From Alphaproteobacteria bacterium (GTDB lineage: Bacteria; Pseudomonadota; Alphaproteobacteria; JAEULC01): a stretch of 64,000 bases of DNA. The DNA lies in NCBI GenBank assembly GCA_023150455.1, contig JAKLKW010000026.1, forward strand, positions 41,982-105,981. The letters are read 5' to 3'. Below the pieces are notes generated by a model, which was given only the letters and a program-made list of their open reading frames with translations, ran no database searches and had not been told where the DNA came from. Below are positions 39,866-49,567 of this stretch, one piece after another; within the stretch, counting starts at the first letter, position 1; the number at the start of each line of letters is the position of its first letter. The position numbers were made by a program, and so were the translations under genes.

Positions 39866-40546
39866 TCAAGACCGGCTTGGCCGTGAGTTCAACATCACGC
39901 TGGGCAGCGTGCTCATATCACCAACCTCCAACGGTTCCTTCGATTTCAACACCTCCGCAATCGGTTCATCGATGACAACGGGGGCCGTGACTAACGCCCG
40001 GCCAAAAGCGATGGTTCGGCATGATTGGCCGACAGGCTCGGGAACCTTTTGGAGAGCGGGCGTGAGAAGCGATGTGAGTTTCGTTACGTGCTCCTGCAAC
40101 CAGGCTTTATCGCGCAAATGCCCTTGGTGCACATCACGCGCAAACTCACCGTGGCTTTTTGTTATATCGGCTATCTGGTCAAGCATCTTATCCGCCTCGG
40201 CTTTTCTACCGATGCGCCAGTTGATTACTGAGCCAAATATCTTCGGGAGAACGGTTTCGGCCAGTTCGCATAGCAGCGGTGCGTAGAGGGGAAGGCTGCC
40301 TGTCGCCATAAGCGCCATGACCTCGTAAATGAGTGATCCCGCTTTGGGCGGCCCCACATACACGCGCACCTGATACAGCCTCGGGTCTCGGCTGACTTGG
40401 CCGGCGAGCCAAAAATGAATGAGGCTGTTTGAAACACGACTTAGCCCGACTAGCGACTCGCCAAGTTGTTGCGCATCCACAAGCGAATCGTCGGCGTAAA
40501 GACCGGCATACTCCAATGGGATCGGCCGGAAAATTCCCTGCGGCAT
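39866..40546 (-). CDS. Hypothetical protein (IS passenger), unknown function
   Basis: 226 aa. GC is about 52%. A GGGGGGAG SD precedes the ATG, and a perfect palindrome lies further upstream. Confidence 0.5.
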   Translation of the reverse strand: MPQGIFRPIPLEYAGLYADDSLVDAQQLGESLVGLSRVSNSLIHFWLAGQVSRDPRLYQVRVYVGPPKAGSLIYEVMALMATGSLPLYAPLLCELAETVLPKIFGSVINWRIGRKAEADKMLDQIADITKSHGEFARDVHQGHLRDKAWLQEHVTKLTSLLTPALQKVPEPVGQSCRTIAFGRALVTAPVVIDEPIAEVLKSKEPLEVGDMSTLPSVMLNSRPSRS

Positions 40547-40652
40547 ATGCTCCCCCCAACCTTATTGGTTGGGGAAACATTATCATCAGCATCGAAATGC
40601 GCATCACATGTTTATGGGGGATATAGTTGCCAAAATGCAACGGACGCCCGGG

Positions 40653-41603
40653 TCAGAACCGGCGTTTGAAGCGCTCCGTCGCGCCGACCAGGGCGGAACG
40701 CACGCCGGGTTCCATGGCCGAATGCCCGGCATCGGCGACGACCGTGAATTCGGAGCCGGGCCAGGCCCGCGCCAGCATGTCGGCGGTGCCGATCGGGCAG
40801 ACCATGTCGTAGCGGCCGTGCACGATCACGGCCGGCAGCCGCGCGACGCGCGGCAGATTGTCCATCAGCGCATCGGGCGGCAGGAAGATGCGGTTGACGA
40901 AGTAGTGCGCCTCGATCCGCGCGAGCGCGAGCGCAACGCGATAGTCGTTGACGGCGGCGACGTTGTCGGCGTTCGGCAACAGCGTCGAGCAGGCGGCCTC
41001 GTAGGCGCTCCAGGCGCGCGCCGCGGGACGATGCACCGCCGGATCGGGATTGTTCAGCCGGCGATGGTAGTTGGTCAGGAGATCGCCGCGCTCGGCCTCG
41101 GGCAGGAATCCGGCAAAGGCGCGATGCGCCTCGGGAAACACCTGCGCCAGGCCGTGGAGGAACCAGTCGACCTCGTTGTCGCGGCACAGGAAGATGCCGC
41201 GCAGCACGAAGCCTAGGCAGTGCTGCGGATGCGCCTCGCCGTAGGCCAGCGCCAGCGTGCTGCCCCACGAGCCGCCGAACAGCAGCCAGCGATCGATGCC
41301 GAGCAGGTTGCGCAACATCTCGATGTCGGCAATGAGGTGCTGGGTGGTATTGTCGGCAAGCTCCGCCGTCGGCGTCGAGCGCCCGGCGCCGCGCTGGTCG
41401 AATACCACGACCCGATAGAACGACGGGTCGAAGAAGCGCCGATGCGCCGGCGTCGCGCCGGCGCCGGGGCCGCCGTGCAGGAACAGCACGGGCACGCCGG
41501 ACGGATTGCCGCACTCCTCGTAATAGAGGCTGTGCCGCCCGTCCGGACGAAGCGTTCCCGTGCTATAAGGCTCGATGGGTGGAAAGAGGTCGGTACGGGC
41601 CAT
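40653..41603 (-). CDS. pip: Proline iminopeptidase (alpha/beta hydrolase, S33 family)
   Basis: GGSWGSTLAL nucleophile elbow and the Pip-type N-terminus. Confidence 0.8.
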   Translation of the reverse strand: MARTDLFPPIEPYSTGTLRPDGRHSLYYEECGNPSGVPVLFLHGGPGAGATPAHRRFFDPSFYRVVVFDQRGAGRSTPTAELADNTTQHLIADIEMLRNLLGIDRWLLFGGSWGSTLALAYGEAHPQHCLGFVLRGIFLCRDNEVDWFLHGLAQVFPEAHRAFAGFLPEAERGDLLTNYHRRLNNPDPAVHRPAARAWSAYEAACSTLLPNADNVAAVNDYRVALALARIEAHYFVNRIFLPPDALMDNLPRVARLPAVIVHGRYDMVCPIGTADMLARAWPGSEFTVVADAGHSAMEPGVRSALVGATERFKRRF

Positions 41604-41717
41604 GCGGGCGTAAGGGCGGCGCTTCCGGTTGGGAGCGGCCGGCGCCTGGGCCGCCGACCTCCAGCTTGTTGTCGGCACGTCTTATCGCCCATCGGGCGGA
41701 CAAGTTAAACAGGTAAA

Positions 41718-42515
41718 ATGCAGCTCGGGTTCCTGCCGCGACCAGTCATCGTCCCTGCCATCGCCTTTGCCTCGATCGCCGCTGCGGGCTCCGCGCCTGC
41801 CGAGGACTTCACCGCGATGGAGCGCGCGGGAGCGGTCCGCGCGGAGCGCGCGATCGACGGCGACACGCTGGCGCTCGCGGATGGGCGCGAGTTGCGGCTG
41901 ATCGGGATCGCGGCGCCGAAGAGTACGCCCAAGGGCCCGCTGCATCGGGTTGCGGAAGCGGCACGACAGGAGCTCGACCGGTTGGCGGCCGGGCGTACGC
42001 TGACGCTCTACAGCGGCGGGCGGCCGAGTGACCGGCGTCAGCGCCTGCTGGCCCATGCCGTGGCCGAGGACGGCACCTGGCTGCAGGGCGCGATGCTGGC
42101 GGCTGGGCTTGCCCGGGTCGAGACGTTCGCCGACAATCGCGCGCGTGCCGCCGAAATGCTGGCGCTCGAGGCGACAGCTCGCAAGGAGCGCCGCGGCATC
42201 TGGGCCGAGCCGCGCTTTCGCGTCCTGACGCCGGAGCAGGCCGAGCGCTGGCGCGACGGGTACCATCTCGTCGAGGGACGCGTGCTGCGGGTGAGCGAGG
42301 AGCAGGGACGACTGGCGCTGGAATTCAGCCCGAACGGCCGGCGGGGCTTCGTGGTTGCCGTCCCCGTGCGGCAGCGCGCCCAGTTCCGCGCGGCCGGCCT
42401 GGATCCCGCCGGGCTGGCCGGCACGACGCTGCGCGTCCGCGGCTGGATCCACCGGCGGCTCGGCCCGGAAATCCTCGCCTCGCATCCCGAGCAGATCGAG
42501 CGCCTGACGCAATGA
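41718..42515 (+). CDS. Secreted thermonuclease (SNase-like) family protein
   Basis: Signal peptide and SNase-like conserved DGDT. Confidence 0.65.
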   Translation: MQLGFLPRPVIVPAIAFASIAAAGSAPAEDFTAMERAGAVRAERAIDGDTLALADGRELRLIGIAAPKSTPKGPLHRVAEAARQELDRLAAGRTLTLYSGGRPSDRRQRLLAHAVAEDGTWLQGAMLAAGLARVETFADNRARAAEMLALEATARKERRGIWAEPRFRVLTPEQAERWRDGYHLVEGRVLRVSEEQGRLALEFSPNGRRGFVVAVPVRQRAQFRAAGLDPAGLAGTTLRVRGWIHRRLGPEILASHPEQIERLTQ

Positions 42516-43996
42516 CGCCCCGACGCCCGACCGTGCGCGCCGCGTTGCGCGCAAGCCTTCGCGCGCTTGCCGTCGCGACCGGCCTTTTTGCCGGCGGGTG
42601 CGTCATCGACCCGGCAACGGGCGAACGCAGCCTCGGCCAGCTCTTGACGCGCGAGGACGAGCTGGCGGTGGGGCGCGACGAGCATCCGCGCGTCGTGCGG
42701 CAGTTCGGCGGCGAATACCGCGACCTTGCTGTGGCGGGCTATGTAGACCAGGTCGGGCAGGCCGTCGCCAAGCTGTCGGACACGCCCGAGATCGCCTTCA
42801 CCTTCACCGTTCTCAACAGTCCGATCGTGAACGCGTTCGCGCTGCCAGGCGGATTCGTCTACGTCACACGCGGGCTCCTGGCGCTGGCCGGCAACGAGGC
42901 GGAGCTTGCGTCGGTCCTGGCACACGAGATCGGCCATATCACCGCGCGCCACGCGGCGCAACGCCATCAGCGCGCCGCCCGGCTGCCGACGGCGGCCGGC
43001 GCCAAGATCGACGGCGGCGCCGCAGGCGAGCTCGCGCCGGGACAGGATCCCGCCGCCTACGTGCAGGGCTATTCGCGCGAGCAGGAGCTGGAAGCCGATA
43101 CGCTGGGCATCCGCTATCTCGCGCGCGCCGGCTACGATCCCGCGGCCATGTCGACCTTCCTGGCGCGGCTGGACGCGCAGGCGCGACTCGACGCGGCCCT
43201 GATGGGTCTGCCCGCCGACCAGGCCGACCAGATGAGCTTCACCGCGACCCATCCGCGCACGGCGGACCGGGTGCAGGCGGCGGCCCAGCGCGCCGGCGAG
43301 CTCGGCGCGCCGCGGCGGCCGCTCGAGCCGCAGTCGTACCTCAAGCGCATCGACGGCATCCTCTACGGCGACGACCCGGACCAAGGCTTCGTGCGCGGCA
43401 CGACCTTCCTGCATCCGCGGCTCTTGTTCCGTTTCGACGTGCCGGCCGGGTTCCGCCTGTTCAACTCGGCCCAGCGCGTGATCGCGCGCAACCCGCAAGA
43501 AGCCCTCGTCCTGTTCGACTCGGCGCGGCGGCCGGCCGGCATGTCGGTCGCCGACTACCTGATCGGCGTTTGGTCGCGCGACCTGTCGCTGGCGGGAACC
43601 GAGAAGATCCAGATCAACGGCTTCGCGGCGGCCACCGGCTGGACCCGGGTCGAAACCAACCGCGGACCACGCGATCTGCGCCTGGTGGCCATCCAGTTCG
43701 ACGAGGACACGATCTACCGTTTCACGTTCATCACCCCGCCCCCCCTGACCGATTCGCTGTCGCTCGACCTCCGGCGGTCGACCTACAGCTTCCGCGCGCT
43801 GCCGCAGGACGAGGCGGCGGCGCTGCGGCCGCTGCGATTGCAGATGGTGCGCGTGCGCGAAGGCGACACGGTGGCGAGCCTTTCTTCCCGCCTGCCCGTG
43901 CCCGATGGCCGCGAAGGCGTGTTCCGCACGCTCAACGGCCTCGGCACGCAGGACGAGATCAAGCCGGACCAGCTCGTGAAGGTCATCGTGGAGTAG
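42512..43996 (+). CDS. M48-family Zn metalloprotease, lipoprotein
   Basis: HEIGHITARH zinc motif and a GGC lipobox. Confidence 0.75.
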   Translation: MTPRRPTVRAALRASLRALAVATGLFAGGCVIDPATGERSLGQLLTREDELAVGRDEHPRVVRQFGGEYRDLAVAGYVDQVGQAVAKLSDTPEIAFTFTVLNSPIVNAFALPGGFVYVTRGLLALAGNEAELASVLAHEIGHITARHAAQRHQRAARLPTAAGAKIDGGAAGELAPGQDPAAYVQGYSREQELEADTLGIRYLARAGYDPAAMSTFLARLDAQARLDAALMGLPADQADQMSFTATHPRTADRVQAAAQRAGELGAPRRPLEPQSYLKRIDGILYGDDPDQGFVRGTTFLHPRLLFRFDVPAGFRLFNSAQRVIARNPQEALVLFDSARRPAGMSVADYLIGVWSRDLSLAGTEKIQINGFAAATGWTRVETNRGPRDLRLVAIQFDEDTIYRFTFITPPPLTDSLSLDLRRSTYSFRALPQDEAAALRPLRLQMVRVREGDTVASLSSRLPVPDGREGVFRTLNGLGTQDEIKPDQLVKVIVE

Positions 43997-44100
43997 CTTC
44001 CGGCCGGGTCCAAATTCCGCCAATATCATGCGCCATGGATTGCCGCTCGGCCCGTCGTTGACTCGGCGGACCGCCCGAACCATCTGACCAGGCACGCGCC

Positions 44101-45591
44101 ATGCGCTCGAGACATGGAAACCTGTCGGTCGCGATCGTCGCCGCCGCGCTCGCTCTCGGCGGCACGACGGGCGCGCGCGCCCAATGGACGGACCTGCTGA
44201 AGGGCGAGTGGATCGATCGCCTGTCGGAAACGGTGGTCACGCCGGAGCAGGAACGCCAGATCGCGGAGAGCGAGCATCCGAAGATCCTGACGCAGTTCGG
44301 CGGCGAGTATCGCGACCAGGCGATGCAGGAGTACCTGACCCAACTGGTCAACGCGCTGGGCAAGGCCTCGGCCCAGCCGCAAATCCAGTACCGCGTCACG
44401 CTGCTGAATTCGCCGGTCGTCAACGCATTCGCCCTGCCCGCCGGATACGTCTACACCACGCGCGGACTGCTGGCGCTGGCCGGCAGCGAGGCCGAGGTTG
44501 CGGGCGTGTTGGCGCACGAGATCGGCCATGTGACGGCACGGCACACGACGCAGCGCTATGGACGGTCCGTTCTTGCGAGCGGCGCGTCGGGCCTGGCCGG
44601 CCTCTTGAACATGCCCATGCTGGAGCAGGCCATCGCCTTCGGTGGGCAACTTTGGATCCAGAGCTTCAGCCGCGAGCAGGAATTCCAGGCCGACGAGCTG
44701 GGCGTCCAGACCCTGGCGCGGGCCGGCTACACGCCGGCGGCGATGGCGAGCTTCCTCGGGCGCATGCAGCTGCATTCGGACCTGCAGGCGACCTTGGCCG
44801 GCCGCAAGCCGGGAGAGACGGACCAGTTCAGCCTGTTCGCGACGCATCCGCGCACCGCCGACCGTGTGGAGCGGGCGATCGAGCAGGCCGGGCTCGCCGG
44901 CGCGAAGGGCGGGCGCGAGGAGCGCGATTCCTACCTGCGGCGCATCGAAGGCGTGCTGTACGGCGACGACCCCGACCAGGGCTATGTGCGTGGCCGCATG
45001 TTCCTGCACCCGGCCCTCAAGCTGCGCTTCGAGGTGCCGGAGGGATTTCAGCTGCTGAACGGCGCCGACGCGGTCACGGCGACCGGACCGGGCGGCGCCG
45101 TGATCAAGTTCGACAGCGCGCCGGAGAAGTACCAAGGCTCGATGCGCGGTTACGTGACCGATCTCTGGGCGCGCCAGGCGGCCGTCGGCATGGCCGAGCA
45201 GATCAGGGTCGACTCGATGGAAGGCGCATCCGCAGTCTCGCGGATGAACACGCAACGCGGGCCGGTCGACGTCCGGTTCACCGCCATCCGCTTCGCGCCA
45301 GACCGGATCTACCGCTTCCAGTTCATCGCACCAAGCCAGATCGCCCAGCAGCTCGCGCCGGAGTTCGGCAAGGTCACCGGCAGCTTCCGGCGCCTGACCG
45401 ACCAGGAGGCGGCCGCCCTGAAGCCGTTCCGGCTGCGGCTGGTCGCAGCGGCAGCGGGCGACACGCCCGAGACGATGGCGCGCCGCATGGCGCAGCCGAC
45501 CCAGCAGGTCGAGCGCTTCCGCGCCTTGAACGGGTTGAGACCGGGCGATCCGGTCGTCCCCGGACAGCTGTACAAGATTGTCGCGGACTGA
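44101..45591 (+). CDS. M48-family Zn metalloprotease (tandem paralog of the upstream gene)
   Basis: HEIGHVTARH motif. It is collinear with the upstream paralog over about 480 aa. Confidence 0.75.
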   Translation: MRSRHGNLSVAIVAAALALGGTTGARAQWTDLLKGEWIDRLSETVVTPEQERQIAESEHPKILTQFGGEYRDQAMQEYLTQLVNALGKASAQPQIQYRVTLLNSPVVNAFALPAGYVYTTRGLLALAGSEAEVAGVLAHEIGHVTARHTTQRYGRSVLASGASGLAGLLNMPMLEQAIAFGGQLWIQSFSREQEFQADELGVQTLARAGYTPAAMASFLGRMQLHSDLQATLAGRKPGETDQFSLFATHPRTADRVERAIEQAGLAGAKGGREERDSYLRRIEGVLYGDDPDQGYVRGRMFLHPALKLRFEVPEGFQLLNGADAVTATGPGGAVIKFDSAPEKYQGSMRGYVTDLWARQAAVGMAEQIRVDSMEGASAVSRMNTQRGPVDVRFTAIRFAPDRIYRFQFIAPSQIAQQLAPEFGKVTGSFRRLTDQEAAALKPFRLRLVAAAAGDTPETMARRMAQPTQQVERFRALNGLRPGDPVVPGQLYKIVAD

Positions 45592-45616
45592 CCACCTTTC
45601 CGCGGCGCCCGCCGAA

Positions 45617-47413
45617 ATGCGCGCGCGCGGTCGCGGCTGGCCGATCGCCGGCATCCTGGGCGTCGGGCTCGGGCTGTTCGTCGCGCTGGCGGTCGGCGCG
45701 GAGCTTGTGGTCGGATATGTCGGCGCGCGCAGCTCGGCTTACAACCTGGTGCGCGACCACACGGTGCTGATGCTCGACGCGCTGGTCGAGCGCATCCTGC
45801 ACCACCTGCAGCCGGCGGTCGACCAGGCGGCCTTTCTCGAGCGGCAGATCACCGGGCGCTACATCGACGTCGCCGATCCCGAACGCGTCATTGACGCGCT
45901 GACGCTGGCGCTCGCCGGCACGCCGCAGGTCGCGTCGCTGACGTTCTTCTCCCCGGACTTCAAGATGGTCGGCGTCAGCCGCGCCGGCCGGCGCATCGAG
46001 CCGCTCCGGGCCGAATTTCCCAAGACCGCCGAGAACGTGCTGGCTGCCGAGCGGCTTGCCGCCGCCGTCCAGCCCTATTGGGGCGAGGTGCGGCGCATCC
46101 GCACAGGCGAGACCGTCATCAACCTGCGCACGCCGATCCGGCGCGACGGGAAATACATCGGCGGCATCGTGTCGGCGATCTCGATCCTGGATCTCTCGGC
46201 GCTGCTCGCCGAGATCGGCAGCAACGGGCCCGGCCGGCCGTTCGTGCTGCTCGGCCGCGATCAGGTCCTGGCGCACCCGGGCTACGTGTTCGGTCTGCCG
46301 ACAAACGGTGCGCCGCAGCGAACCCTGCCGACGGTGACCGAGTACGGCGACCCGGTGCTCGCCAACCTCTGGAGCCCGTCCGCCAGCCAGCAGATCGAGC
46401 GCTTCGGGCGCACCGAGGCACGCTACGTCGACCCGCCCGGCGACGACCGGCGCGTGGTGCTGTACCGCGAGATCTACGACCTGGGCGACCGGCCCTGGAT
46501 CGTGGGGACGCAGTTCAAGGCGGTGGAGATCGGGGCGGAGCTGCAGCGGTTGTACCGCATGGTCTATGTCGGCCTCGCCGTGCTGGTGGCTGCGGTCGGC
46601 GCGGCCGTGCTGCTGGGCCATTGGTTCGCCCGTCCGATCCGTCGCTTCGCCGAAGCCGCCGACGCCATGCGCCGCCTGGACTTCGCCGCCCTGCCCTCGC
46701 TGCCGCGCAGCCGATTCCGCGAGGTCGACAGCGCGGCCATGGCCTTCAACGCCATGGCCTCGACGCTGCGCTGGGTCGAAACCTACCTGCCCAAGCGCCT
46801 GGTGCAGCGCCTGATGCTGCAGGAGGGCGGGGTCGCATCCGAGGAGCGCGAGGTCACGGTGATGTTCACCGACATCGTCGGCTTCACGTCGTTATCGGAG
46901 CATCGGCCGGCACGCGAGCTGGCGGACATGCTGAACGAGCATTTCTCGCTGATCGCGCGCTGCATCGAGGCCGAGGGCGGAACGCTGGACAAGTACATCG
47001 GCGATTCCGCGATGGCCTTCTGGAACGCGCCGGACCGCCAGCCCGACCACGCCGCGCGCGCCTGCCGCGCCGCTATCGCGATCGCGGAGGCCATGCGCGA
47101 CAGCGCGAAGCGACGCCGGGCGGCGGGGCTGCCGGTGCTGCGCATGCGCCTGGGCCTCCATACCGGCCCCGCGATCGTCGGCAATATCGGCGCGCCCGGG
47201 CGCGTCAACTACACGATCGTCGGCGACACGGTGAACACGGCGCAGCGCCTGCAGGGCCTCGGGCGGCGCTTCGACGACGGCACGGCGCCGGCGATCGCGC
47301 TGGCCAGCGAGACGACGGCGCGCGCAGCCGACGGCGTGGTGCCCATGGTCGAGCTCGGCCTGCGCGGCGTCGCCGGACGCGAGAAGCCGATCACCGTGTT
47401 CCGGCTGGCATGA
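45617..47413 (+). CDS. Membrane adenylate/guanylate cyclase with a periplasmic sensor, HAMP and a class III cyclase domain
   Basis: FTDIVGFT and GDS/NTAQR cyclase motifs. Confidence 0.75.
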   Translation: MRARGRGWPIAGILGVGLGLFVALAVGAELVVGYVGARSSAYNLVRDHTVLMLDALVERILHHLQPAVDQAAFLERQITGRYIDVADPERVIDALTLALAGTPQVASLTFFSPDFKMVGVSRAGRRIEPLRAEFPKTAENVLAAERLAAAVQPYWGEVRRIRTGETVINLRTPIRRDGKYIGGIVSAISILDLSALLAEIGSNGPGRPFVLLGRDQVLAHPGYVFGLPTNGAPQRTLPTVTEYGDPVLANLWSPSASQQIERFGRTEARYVDPPGDDRRVVLYREIYDLGDRPWIVGTQFKAVEIGAELQRLYRMVYVGLAVLVAAVGAAVLLGHWFARPIRRFAEAADAMRRLDFAALPSLPRSRFREVDSAAMAFNAMASTLRWVETYLPKRLVQRLMLQEGGVASEEREVTVMFTDIVGFTSLSEHRPARELADMLNEHFSLIARCIEAEGGTLDKYIGDSAMAFWNAPDRQPDHAARACRAAIAIAEAMRDSAKRRRAAGLPVLRMRLGLHTGPAIVGNIGAPGRVNYTIVGDTVNTAQRLQGLGRRFDDGTAPAIALASETTARAADGVVPMVELGLRGVAGREKPITVFRLA

Positions 47414-47859
47414 GCATCGGGGGAGCAGAGGAATTGAGCGAACCGGTCACCTATCGCGGCACCGCCTATCCATGGCAGTGCGACCATATCGGCCACATGA
47501 ACGTCATGTACTACGTCGGCAAGTTCGACGAGGCGACGTGGAACTTCTTCGCGTCGATTGGCATGACGCCCAGCTATCTGCGCGACGGCGGCCGAGGCAT
47601 GGCGGCGGTGCAGCAGAACATCGCCTATCGGCGCGAACTGCTGCCGGGCGACATCATCGAGGTGCGCACGCGCGTCGCGGAGATCCGCGACAAGGTGATC
47701 CGCTTCGTGCACACGATGCGCAACGCCGAAAGCGGCGAGGTCGCCGCCGAATGCGAGCTGACCTGCGTGCATCTGGATCGCGCGACGCGCAGGAGCTGTC
47801 CGTTCCCGGAGGCGGTAAGCAAGGCGGCCGCGGCGCGGATGGCGCCGGCGGCCCCCTGA
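47410..47859 (+). CDS. Acyl-CoA thioesterase (4HBT / hotdog fold)
   Basis: A WQCDHIGHMNVMYY-type 4HBT motif. An ATGA overlap links it to the cyclase gene stop. Confidence 0.6.
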   Translation: MSIGGAEELSEPVTYRGTAYPWQCDHIGHMNVMYYVGKFDEATWNFFASIGMTPSYLRDGGRGMAAVQQNIAYRRELLPGDIIEVRTRVAEIRDKVIRFVHTMRNAESGEVAAECELTCVHLDRATRRSCPFPEAVSKAAAARMAPAAP

Positions 47860-47916
47860 ATCACGAAACGCCCGCCGTTGCCGGCGGGCGTTGCGTCCTG
47901 CGATGGATGCAGAGAA

Positions 47917-48753
47917 TCAGGCGGCGCGCAGCACGCTTTCCAGCTTTTGCGCCGCGGCCATTTCGTCGATCTTCTCGACCGCCGCCAGCTCGCGCGCCAG
48001 CCGGTCGAGCGCCGCCTGGTAGATCTGGCGCTCGCTGTAGGACTGGTCGGGTTGGCCGGCGTTGCGGTAGAGGTCGCGCACGACCTCGGCGATCGACACC
48101 GGGTCGCCGCTGTTGATCTTCGCCTCGTATTCCTGGGCGCGCCGGCTCCACATCATGCGGCGGATGCGCGAGCGGCCCTTCAGCGTCTTCAGCGCCGTCT
48201 CCATCTCCTTGCGGCTGGACAGGCGCCGGAGGCCGGAATTGGTCGCCTTGCCGACCGGCACGCGCAGCGTCATGCGCTCCTTCTCGAAGGTGATTACGAT
48301 CACCTTGAGACTCGTGCCGGCGATCTCCTGGTTCTCGACGCCCTGGATGCGGCCGACGCCGTGCGTCGGATAGACGACGTAGTCGCCCGCCGAGAATTCC
48401 GGCTCCTTGCCGACGACGGCCGGCTTGGCCGCCGGGGCCGGCATGGGCGGCCGCACCGCCTGCTTGACCGCTGCCTGGGGCACCACCGCCAGCTTGGCGT
48501 TGGCATTCGCCGCCGGCTTGACCAGCGCCTTCACCTTCGGCTGGGCCGCCACGAGCTTCGCCACCGACGACTTGGCCGGTGCCTTGGCGGCCGCCGGCTT
48601 CTTCTTCAGGGTCTCTGGCATCTTCTTCTTCGACTCGACTTTCGCTTTGGTTGACGTCGTCCGGGCCGCCGCCTTCGCGACCGCCTTACGGGATTTGCCG
48701 GCACTGATTGTTTTCGAAGCGACCTTCCGGTCCGCCGTCTTGTGCTTGCTCAT
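47917..48753 (-). CDS. CarD/CdnL-family transcriptional regulator with an about 115-aa N-terminal Lys/Ala/Pro-rich histone-H1-like extension
   Basis: CarD_CdnL_TRCF RNAP-interaction domain (EFSAGDYVVYPTHGVGRIQGVE...) preceded by AKKxxAAK-type repeats. Confidence 0.7.
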   Translation of the reverse strand: MSKHKTADRKVASKTISAGKSRKAVAKAAARTTSTKAKVESKKKMPETLKKKPAAAKAPAKSSVAKLVAAQPKVKALVKPAANANAKLAVVPQAAVKQAVRPPMPAPAAKPAVVGKEPEFSAGDYVVYPTHGVGRIQGVENQEIAGTSLKVIVITFEKERMTLRVPVGKATNSGLRRLSSRKEMETALKTLKGRSRIRRMMWSRRAQEYEAKINSGDPVSIAEVVRDLYRNAGQPDQSYSERQIYQAALDRLARELAAVEKIDEMAAAQKLESVLRAA

Positions 48754-49033
48754 CACCCACTCATCCCGCCGCCCGCAAGGATCGTTAAGATCGACCCAAC
48801 GGCCCCGGACGGCATACAAAAAACCCCTTTCGCCGCTCCGCACCCGGCGGAACCCGGCGAAAAGACAGGCTCCTCTCGCAAATTATCTAAGCTGTTGGGG
48901 GCGGGTTTTAAGGCCCGAATTAGGTCCAACAACTGTGCGGATATGAATATCACAGAAAGGACAGCGAGTCAGCCGCTGCGATACCGCTATGCACAAAATG
49001 CATGGCGGTTCGAAATCACAAGAACAGAGCGTG

Positions 49034-49369
49034 TTAACGTTTGGCCGGGTTGGGGCTGAAATGCTCGGCGAACTTGTTCGCCACGCCATTCCACTTCTCG
49101 GCGTCTTCGGGCTGTGTCCCCTTGCGCGTGATGTTCGGCCAGCTCTGCGCGTATTCGCGGTTGACTTCCGCGAACTTCTCCGCCGCGCCGTCGGTATCGG
49201 GCACGATGGCTTCGGCTGGGCACTCCGGCTCGCACACGCCGCAGTCGATGCATTCATCCGGGTGGATGACGAGCATGTTCTCGCCTTCGTAGAAGCAGTC
49301 GACCGGGCAGACTTCGACGCAGTCCATGAACTTGCACTTGATGCAGGCTTCCGTAACGACGTAGGCCAT
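49034..49369 (-). CDS. fdxA: 7Fe ferredoxin
   Basis: [29 protein letters not shown] is the canonical FdxA N-terminus. Confidence 0.85.
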   Translation of the reverse strand: MAYVVTEACIKCKFMDCVEVCPVDCFYEGENMLVIHPDECIDCGVCEPECPAEAIVPDTDGAAEKFAEVNREYAQSWPNITRKGTQPEDAEKWNGVANKFAEHFSPNPAKR

Positions 49370-49567
49370 AGCCCCTCTCTCTCGCCCTTCTTCCTTCGAC
49401 CGCTTGCCTTCTTGCTCGCCCGATCGGGCGCAGTGGGGTAGCACGCTCGGGCGCACCGGTGCAACCCTGGCACCGAAAGGGTTTATCGGCGCTTCGGTGC
49501 GCCCGGATTCAGCGACCGCCCGGCGCGCGTCGATCCGCGCGCGCATTCGTTACAACGCGCGGCCGGA

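Larger units (their letters stand above)
38808..40637 (+). mobile_element. IS1595-family insertion sequence carrying a passenger gene: 9-bp terminal IRs (TATATCCCC/GGGGATATA) flanked by a 16-bp perfect direct repeat GTTGCCAAAATGCAAC
   Basis: Repeats read from the sequence at 38808-38832 and 40613-40637. The transposase gene lies inside. The right third is lower in GC. Confidence 0.7.

Noticed and set aside
40206-40640. 144-aa minus-strand ORF overlapping the IS right end and the passenger gene start
   Set aside because: It overlaps the better-supported passenger ORF in another frame and spans the IS terminal repeats, so it is unlikely to be coding.
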